The position numbers and the translations under genes were made by a program. This document shows, piece by piece, positions 12,417 through 20,000 of a stretch of 20,000 nt of DNA. Source of the DNA: Paramecium tetraurelia (Eukaryota); the NCBI GenBank assembly GCA_000165425.1, contig CT868252.1:489600-509599 (forward strand). The letters are read 5' to 3'. Below the pieces are notes generated by a model. It ran no database searches. It was not told the DNA's origin and saw only the letters and a list, made by a program, of their open reading frames with translations. How positions within the stretch are numbered: position 1 is the first letter of the stretch; every line of letters starts with the position of its first letter.

Positions 12417-13521
12417 TCATTTGTAATGGTTGGTCCATGCAAATCTTTGAGTAGATTCATCCATTGTTCCTTATTTGATTCTCATAGAAAATACGTGTTT
12501 TGGTTTGCCGGTCAAGTAAATTTTTGCCTATTGTTTAGAATTAAGATAAGCATTAGGTAACCAATCAATGTTCTTAAATAAATACTTTATTTATTTACAT
12601 CAAAAATAGCAGGTTTTAAAGGTATTTCAAGATATTAATTGTGATAGTATAGAACAGGTGTTTAATATTAGAAGAATAAATCAAATAGCTATGATAATAA
12701 TTAAATAATACAGAAATATATTTTTAGGCCTTTACTAAACTTTCAACATTAATTGGTTTTCTTCTGATTTGGAAGTACACATAACCATAAAACCTAAAGA
12801 AGATTCCAGGTGGAGTGTAAGTTCCAGTCCTTTCAATTTCTGAAAGAACATCATTTACATTTACAAAAATACTTTACAATATTCTTTAAGAATTAATAAA
12901 TATGAGTACCTTTCAGCTTCAAAAGCATGTGTGATTCTTTCATTTATCAATGCTCTTTTAATAGGATGCTTATTAATCTCATTCTCATCCTTCATAATCA
13001 TTTCCTCTTCTGGTTTCTCCCATTCCTCAGGGTCAACTTCAAACCACTTCAAATCCCCATATATTGTATAATCAGCCTATATTTGTATAATTAGAAATAA
13101 ATACAAGCATCTTCTCACTTGTTGGATCTCCTCTATATCTAAGCATCCTATCATTAACATCTGAAAACATTGTAATTATTTCCTCCTTTTTTTGCTCTTC
13201 GTTTTCAATAGATTTTTATCTCAAATTGTCAATAGTTTAATTTGATATATGGGTCTGTTTTGCTTTTGCTTCTTACTTCTATTATTATTAAGAATTTTAA
13301 TAGGCAACATATCCGCCAGTACCCAAACCTACTATTCCGAAAAATGCTGCAAATATTTTCACAAGCTCAGTGTTTGAAGTACCTTATTAAGAGGACTAAC
13401 TGAAATAGCTTTTAGAGGTTTTATTCAGTTATTTTGAGAGTACTAAATTAATCACTCAGATTTTCATACATTATTAAGATGCATTGGACATTCTACTATA
13501 AGACATTAACCTTTGGATCAT
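12417..13521 (-). CDS. Hypothetical single-pass membrane protein, probably mitochondrial (~324 aa); introns 13443-13469, 13077-13104, 12884-12909, 12689-12711, 12573-12598
   Basis: ATG at 13521: MIQRLMSYSRMSNASQQLLSKQLNKTSKSYFSQSS (acid-free, Ser/basic-rich), then the hydrophobic IFAAFFGIVGLGTGGYVAY. Five GT..AG introns of 23-28 nt give a continuous 975-nt frame ending ...QRFAWTNHYK-TGA. Confidence 0.8.
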
Positions 13522-13689
13522 TTCGATAGCTCTAAAATTATCACAATTAAAAAATATTAATAATAAGATTTTGAATGTTTTATAAGATTTATATCCCTAA
13601 AATTACAATTTTTATTTTGTTATAACACAATTTTATTATTAATATTATATACAATTATTATAGTAATTAGTTAATAATTTCTATAATTA

Positions 13690-14329
13690 TCAAAAGCACT
13701 TATTGAAAAAGCAAAACCCTCCGCTCTTTTCCTTCTTATCATTTTCTTTGATGGGCTTCTAAAAGTAATAATAACAACATTAGTATACCTTTCCTTTATT
13801 TAACCCATTTGTATATGATGCTCTAGATTTGATGGACATATCCTATGATTCTTATTATGAGCACATAGTAGTAGTCACTGAAGTTTAAGGCTATTGGTAA
13901 TTTTCAGAATTTTATTGATTATTTTTATACACTAAAGTGAATGTTTGACTTCCTGTTTCAAACAGAATTTATTCATTATCTAAACCTAGGCGAAGATAAT
14001 ATTTAGTTCATACATGGCAAATCATCTTTGGGCTACCCAGACTTTTTTGAAATTTTTAATACGTAATCACTTCCTTTTTTTGATCTAAAGTTCTCTCCTA
14101 AGTCATTATTTTTATTAAACTTACCTATCTCCTTTTAGAATTGACTAAGTGTGAATGTTATAGCATCTTCAACAGTGAAAATGTTAGGTAATTCACAAAT
14201 AATTTAGACATATTTATCATTTTACAATGTAAAAAATGCATACTTTTTATTATAGAGCATTTATTATTCCTAAGTTTTCAAGTTTAAATTTACTTCATGC
14301 ATTTAAGCATCATTTTTTGTAAGCTTCAT
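13690..14329 (-). CDS. Small protein with a SIN1/Avo1 CRIM-like (ubiquitin-fold) domain and a Cys/Phe C-terminus (~184 aa); introns 14098-14124, 13986-14013, 13759-13788
   Basis: ATG at 14329; TVEDAITFTLSQF...DYVLKISKKSGQPKDDLPCLDNEQILFETGSQTFTLV; ends KSGGFCFFNKCF-TGA. The gene model is well supported, but the domain call rests on remembered motif resemblance only. Two of the introns are 3n and stopless, so they could be retained. Confidence 0.7.
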
Positions 14330-14390
14330 TTTATTTAAATGATCTAATTTAGATATTTATTTTCTATATAAATACTTATTTTATATCACA

Positions 14391-15210
14391 ATGAGAAAAC
14401 GTGAAAAATTAATTATATTATCTATTTCAGTTTCATGGCTGATTAATACAACTATAGATGACAGATCTAATATAACAACATCCGATAGTGACCTAATCTA
14501 AATAAAAAAAGTTGAAGTTTTGCAGTATCGTAAAAAATGAAATGAAAAAACAAGTTAAAATATGAAACATTTAAAGGTTCAAAAATAAGAAAAGTCAAAT
14601 CATTATAAAAGTAACATAATTGTATGAGGAAGAAAAGAAAGGAATATATAGAAAGTTCAATCAGGAATTTGAATCTTGAAAGGAGTCAATATATAAGATA
14701 GCGTAAAAAGAGAGGGAGGGAAGAGAAATATCAGAGATCAATGTACTTAAAGTAAAAGGAAGTTCTACATTTATAAAGGAAATCACAGTTCAAAATAGAT
14801 AAATGTAGTAAGAAAATTGGAAATATTTACTCCAAATAATAAAGGTAGCTAATAGTTTTATATCATTTAATTATTACGAAATAACGTAAGAAAGGTAGTG
14901 ATGTAAGTATATTAAATTAAATTTATAAGCGAAAATTTAAAAAGGAAAAAAGGAGAAAAAGAATACTAACATAAAAAGATGGGGAAAGATCAGAGACTAA
15001 AGGATCTTTACAAAAAAGAAATTAAGATTGATTTTTTTTATTTTATTAATGGATGCTCATAAAAAATGATAAAGTATAAATAGTATCGAGCTACTTTGAG
15101 TTTGTAATAGGAAAAAAGCTAATAGTTCAAGTATACAATCAAAATTTAGAAGAGGAAAAAAGAAAAAATGAATATAAAAATTTTCGGAAAATGTCCCTGT
15201 TGATTTGAAT
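14391..15210 (+). pseudogene. Possible decayed gene remnant (K/E/R-rich)
   Basis: About 0.8 kb of strongly purine-skewed, coding-like sequence with TGA stops in the frames examined and no intron model that restores a single ORF. Confidence 0.35.
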
Positions 15211-15333
15211 AGAAGTGATATCAGAAAGAGATCAAATTCCTTTAATTGTTATATGAAATGTACAAATATATGATATAAAAATGAATATTAATTTGAAATT
15301 AAAATTAAATCTTTTTTAATAAATTAGAGTAAT

Positions 15334-16385
15334 ATGGCAAATTAGGTTGAATTCAAATAACTTGGTTTCTTGAAAGGTCATGGTGATTGGGTTACTACTA
15401 TCATAACAAATTAAGATCCAACTTTGGCTGACTTAGTCATTTCAGGCTCAAGAGACAAATCCATTTTAGTTTGGAAACTATTCAAACAACCTGATGGTGA
15501 TTTAGCTGGTCAACCAAGAAAACAATTAAATGGACACTCTCACTTTGTTAGCGATTTAGTGTTGTCAAATGATAACAAATATTTATTATCTGCTTCATGG
15601 GACAAGGAATTGAGATTTTGGGATTTGGTTAATGGAACTTGCACACATAGATTCGTTGGAAATAAAAAGGAAATCTTTACATGCGCAATGAGTCCAGACA
15701 ATAGATAAATTCTTTGTGGTGGAGCTGAAAGAAAATTTAAATTATACAATGTTAAGGCTGAAGAAAAACTCACCCAATAAAGCCATCTCCACTCTGATTG
15801 GATCAGCTCTGTCAGATACTCACCAATTATCAAAAATATCTAACCATATTTTGTTACAGTTGGTTGGGACGGTTGGCTTAAAGTCTGGAATTAAAATTTT
15901 ACAATCAGATTCTAATTCAAAGCTCATGATTCTTAAATCAACAGCGTTGCCATTAATCCATCTGGTGAATACATTGCTACTGGAGGTAAAGACAAGAAAT
16001 TGTACATCTGGAACATTACCGATTTGAAGAAACCCCTTTGAATACGATGCTGGAGGAATCATTAATTAAGTAAATAAAAAAATTAATAAATAGCTCGCTT
16101 TCCATCCTTAATAAAATTGGATCGTTGCCGCCACAGAAAATGGAATAAAAGCTTGGTAAATATCATAAGAAGAAAAAGCTGAAACCAAAACACCAATTGT
16201 TACCTTAGATCATCACACTGAAAGTAATAATTATAAGTTATCGTTAAGCTTTGGTTGCTGGCGGAGTTAAGAAGATCTAAAAGCATGGTGCTATTTCTGT
16301 GGCCCTTGATGCTAATGGTGCTAAACTTTATGGAGGCTTCACAGATGGATCAATCTTAGTTTGGGAAGTTTCAACCAAAAATTGA
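15334..16385 (+). CDS. RACK1: RACK1 / guanine nucleotide-binding protein beta-like 40S ribosomal WD40 protein, interrupted by an in-frame TGA with continuation in the +1 frame at 16033-16041; introns 16070-16093 and 16224-16248
   Basis: LKGHGDWVTTI, ISGSRDKSILVWKL, GQPRKQLNGHSHFVSDLVLS, SASWDKELRFWDL, SPDNRQI, HSDWISSVRYSP, VGWDGWLKVWN, IATGGKDKKLYIWN. After the +1 shift: EYDAGGIINQLAFHPQQNWIVAATENGIKAW...KLYGGFTDGSILVWEV, with TGA at 16383-16385. Confidence 0.93.
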
Positions 16386-17403
16386 AATCATTATGTATAT
16401 TAAAAAAATTACAATAAACTTACACTATAAATATGATTTTGATAAAAATAAGTAGAAATAGAATTATATACAGTGAAATTATTATTGGAATTTAAAGTCG
16501 CAACATTTAACCGATTTTTTTTCTTTATTATAAGTGGATCACAGATTCTCTGCTTTACTCCTTATAGTTATTTATAAACAATTAAACAACAACTATGCTG
16601 TTTCAGATCATCTTGCATACAGCAAGTATTCTATTGTAATAAATTTGCAATATGTTGATTAATTTAAAAGAAAAGCTAATAGCATTTTAATTTAATAGTA
16701 TCTTTATAAACTTATGAATTATTATAAAATAAGAAAGTATGTTCAATCTTTTATTTATACACAATTATTATTTTAATCTAGCTTTGATCTTAAAAATAAC
16801 TGTCTATTGTTGAATTAGGATACAAATTTACAGGCTAAAATTATTATTATCAATAGTTTAATTTCAAATTTAATTTTGGCCCTAAATCCAAAAATAGAAA
16901 ATATCAATACAAAATTTGTTTGGCTTGCCATACAAATTAGACTTAGATGATTGTAATTGGAGTTAATGATCCTTCCATTTGATATAAATTGTTTTCGAAA
17001 TAATTTATTCTATCGTTACAATCCAATTTTTTTTTACTCACTCCATTTATATTTTTCCTGAAATTTTGTAATTTTAGTTTTGCGTCAATTTGAATTCTAA
17101 AAAAATAATATCTTCAATTAGTTACTTCTAAATTAAAATAAAATTCTCTTGCAAGATTATTAACAATATATAATAATTTAATTGAGACTTAAAATAAATC
17201 AATAAATATCAAATTTAATTACAGTTTTAACAGATTTAGTATAACTTGACATCAGTAAATTTTAGTTTTTTTCTTAAATAGAGAAAATTATTTAGAATTA
17301 TACTCAATCTTATTAATTTATTATTGATTATCCCTACATTCAAAAGTAAACTATTAAAATAGCATATATTTTATTTTTTAATAATTTTAACTTAATTTAT
17401 TTA

Positions 17404-17515
17404 AATATATTAAAAACTCAATTAATTACTATAATAAAAATATTAATAGAAATTTAGAATATATTAATAACTCAATTAATTACTATAAAAAATGTATTAA
17501 TAGAAAAATAGAATA
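17404..17515. repeat. Two imperfect 54-bp direct tandem repeats just upstream of the WD40 gene start
   Basis: Unit 1 (17404-17457): aatatattaaaaactcaattaattactataataaaaatattaatagaaatttag. Unit 2 (17458-17511): aatatattaataactcaattaattactataaaaaatgtattaatagaaaaatag. Confidence 0.85.
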
Positions 17516-17529
17516 ATTTCTTTTTTAAA

Positions 17530-20000
17530 ATGAATTGCAATTATCATCAAGATAGTCGAATAGAATTGATTTGTGTTGCTTCTCATAAATGTTAAAGGAA
17601 ACTCTGTTCATAATGCGAACATTAAGAGGAATACAGTACCCATGACGCACGTCTTTTCGAACAATTTCATAAATCACTATTAAAATAATTAGATGAATCA
17701 AATTTAGAAGAGAAAAATGATTTCAAATAAGATCTGAGTGATATTGAAAGTATGTTGTAAAAAATTAAGGAAGAATTATCAAAAATAATAGCAGAGATAT
17801 GTTATAATATTGATTAGAAAAACGAATATTATTTGAATGTGACAAATGAAACTACTAATCTAGCAGAATAGTCATATGTTAAATTAGAAGAATTGCTTGA
17901 AATTCATTAAGGAACATTATTAGATGATTGGAAATGCGAGAAACAATTTTATTTGGGCCAAATGAAAGACATGATACAATTTTCATAGAAAGAAATTACC
18001 ACTTTGAGTGAAAGGCTAAATCAAAAAATTATTTGTTTTAGAGAATTTCAAAAAATTGGATAAAAATGTTTCGTTTGGAAAGAAGATTTGTATGAGGTTT
18101 TAGCTTTAACAAAAGATATAAACAGTAATGATGAAATATTCAATGTTATTCTTTAAAGTATAAAAAAATAAGATAAAACCCCTCTAGATTATTGTTTTTT
18201 TAATTCTATTAAAAAAAAATTCAAAGAAGAAATCAATTTCTATAATCACGATTTAACTGAAATTTAAAAGTAAACCAAATTGAAGAATAAAAACAATGAT
18301 ATTTAGATTATCGCCCATGTTATCAAAAATATTCGCGAACTTGAATTTTATAAAATGAATTATTCTTTATAGGATTTTTAAGAAACTAGGAAAATCCTAA
18401 TTTAACAAATAGAAAACGATGAGAAGATTATGAAATTTTTAATATTTTTAGTAAAACTTACAAGCTTTGATGAAAAATTTATTTAATGTGGATCAAATTC
18501 ACTTAATTTGTTAGTTGAGATGAAGGCTGATCTGAGAGGATAATGCTTTAATAATATTAGGATATAAGATACTTTATTAATAAGAGCTAATTTTGCAAGG
18601 TGTAATTTGAGTAATTCATAATTCATAAATGTGAATATAAGCGGAATTAATGTAAATTAAGCTTAGCTAATTGGATGTAAATGGAGGAACTTAAAAATAA
18701 ATGAATTAATTAAATTATAAGGCCATAAAAACAGCATTTAATCAGTATGCTTCTCTCCTGATGGTAAGACATTAGCTTCTGCCAGTGACGATAAATCTAT
18801 TATTTTATGGGATGTTAAAACAGTACAATAAATAGCCAAATTAAATGGTCATAGCAATCCTGTCAGATCAGTTTGCTTCTCTCATGATGGTGCTACATTA
18901 GCATCTGGTAGCGGATATCCTATATATAACTTTGAAAATGATTCTGATGATTACTCTATCCGTTTATGGGATGTTAAAACAGGATAATAAAAAGCAAAAT
19001 TAAATGGTCATTGTAATTGTGTTTATTAAGTGTGCTTCTCCCCAAATAGAAGAATATTAGCATCTTGTAGTGATGATAGAACTATCCGTTTATGGGATAT
19101 AGAAAAATAAAAATAAATAGCCAAATTAGAGGGTCATTATAATGGCGTCTAATCTGTATCCTTCTCACCTGATGGTTCTAATTTAGCATCTGGTAGTTAT
19201 GATAAGTCTGTGCGTTTATGGGATCCTAGGACAGGATAATAAAAAGCAATATTAAATGGTCATTAAGATGATGTCATGTCAGTCTGTTTCTCTCCTGATG
19301 GAACTACATTAGCATCTGCTAGTAAAGATAAGTCTGTCCGTTTATGGGATGTTAAGACAGGAGAATAAAAAGCCAAATTAGATGGTCATTCAAGTTATGT
19401 TATGTCAGTCAACTTCTCTTCTGATGGTGCTACACTAGCATCTGGTAGTAGGGATCACTCTATCCGTTTATGGGATGTTAAGACAGGATAATAAACAGTT
19501 AATTTAGAGGCTAGTTCTATTCGATCAGTTTGTTTCTCACCTGATGGCTTAATATTAGCATCAGGTAGTTATGATAATTCAATCAGTTTATGGGATGTTA
19601 GAGTAGCTCAAGAAAATGCAAAAGTAGATGGTCATAGAAATATTTTCCAATAAGTATGCTTCTCTTCTGATGGCAATAAATTATATTCTTGTAGTGATGA
19701 TAAAACAATCCGTTTTTGGGATGTTAAGAAAGGTTAATAAATATCCAAGTTAAATGGTTTAAATTAAAATTTTCAATTTATATGCTTTCCAAGTAATGGT
19801 AATACAATTGCATATATATGTGATGACCACTCAATCAATTTAAAGGATGTTTAGACAGAGCAATTAATAGCCAAATTAAATGATTATAATGGAACTGTGT
19901 TGTCAGTAAGTTTTTGTAATAAAAGTTCTAAATTAGCATCTGGTAGTGATGATAATTCTATAGGAATGTGGGATGTTAAAACAGGAAAATTAATAGCTAA
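17530..20000 (+). CDS. Intronless Cys/His N-terminal + coiled-coil + pentapeptide-repeat + HET-E-like WD40-repeat protein (over 820 aa, 3' end beyond the window)
   Basis: ATG at 17530: [31 protein letters not shown]. No in-frame TGA to the window end. [68 protein letters not shown] (pentapeptide-like). Then 10 repeats of ~42 aa with consensus [41 protein letters not shown]. Confidence 0.92.
18712..20000 (+). repeat. Coding tandem array of ~126-nt WD40 units (10 in the window)
   Basis: Recurring DNA motifs tctcctgatgg, ttagcatctggtagt, cgtttatgggatgttaa(a/g)acagga and gccaaattaaatggtcat at ~126-nt spacing. Confidence 0.9.

Noticed and set aside
16002..16029. A 28-nt GT..AG segment (gtacatctggaacattaccgatttgaag) whose removal would restore the RACK1 frame
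   Set aside because: It is more GC-rich than the real introns here and would delete the conserved YIWN strand of a WD repeat, so it is unlikely to be a true intron. RNA-seq should still exclude it.
2194..16062. ORF-track entries 2194-2379, 5736-5942, 7976-8209, 9012-9206, 11004-11387, 15540-15833, 15716-16027 and 15820-16062
   Set aside because: These are antisense or off-frame shadows of real code-6 genes. The remaining entries (1899-2087, 4290-4472, 12861-13052, 15424-15708) are only fragments of the genes described.
16400..17400. About 1 kb gap between RACK1 and the WD40 gene as a possible gene, RNA gene or retained IES
   Set aside because: The frames I examined contain TGA stops, I saw no tRNA or snoRNA-like structure, and TA-bounded IES ends cannot be distinguished from background in DNA this AT-rich.
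18712..20000. Regularly spaced repeats as a CRISPR array or diversity-generating retroelement target
   Set aside because: The repeats are in-frame coding WD40 units in a eukaryotic gene. There are no cas genes, reverse transcriptase or template repeat in the window.

Overview
This is very AT-rich eukaryotic DNA from a ciliate macronuclear genome, most likely Paramecium. Reading frames stay open only if TAA/TAG = Gln and TGA is the sole stop (genetic code 6), and the genes carry 23 tiny GT..AG introns of 22-30 nt. The supplied standard-code ORF track is therefore mostly fragments or antisense artefacts. I re-read the window by hand under code 6 and found nine genes: an RTEL1/FANCJ-like Fe-S helicase (minus strand, runs off the left edge), a synaptojanin-like SAC1 + inositol 5-phosphatase, a ~1040-aa Gln-rich coiled-coil protein, a tandem pair of FSH1/OVCA2-type serine hydrolases both ending in -AKL, a 5-intron probable mitochondrial single-pass membrane protein, a small SIN1-CRIM-like protein, RACK1, and an intronless Cys/His + coiled-coil + pentapeptide + HET-E-like WD40 protein (runs off the right edge). 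There are also two or three probably decayed gene remnants. The most notable points are: (1) RACK1 is interrupted by an in-frame CCC-CTT-TGA and continues intact in the +1 frame (assembly error, young pseudogene, or CUU-UGA +1 frameshift); (2) an NLR-like WD40 sensor architecture with hypervariable repeat positions but no NTPase domain; (3) a stand-alone CRIM-like protein; (4) several stopless 3n introns. No database search was possible; family calls rest on motif recognition.
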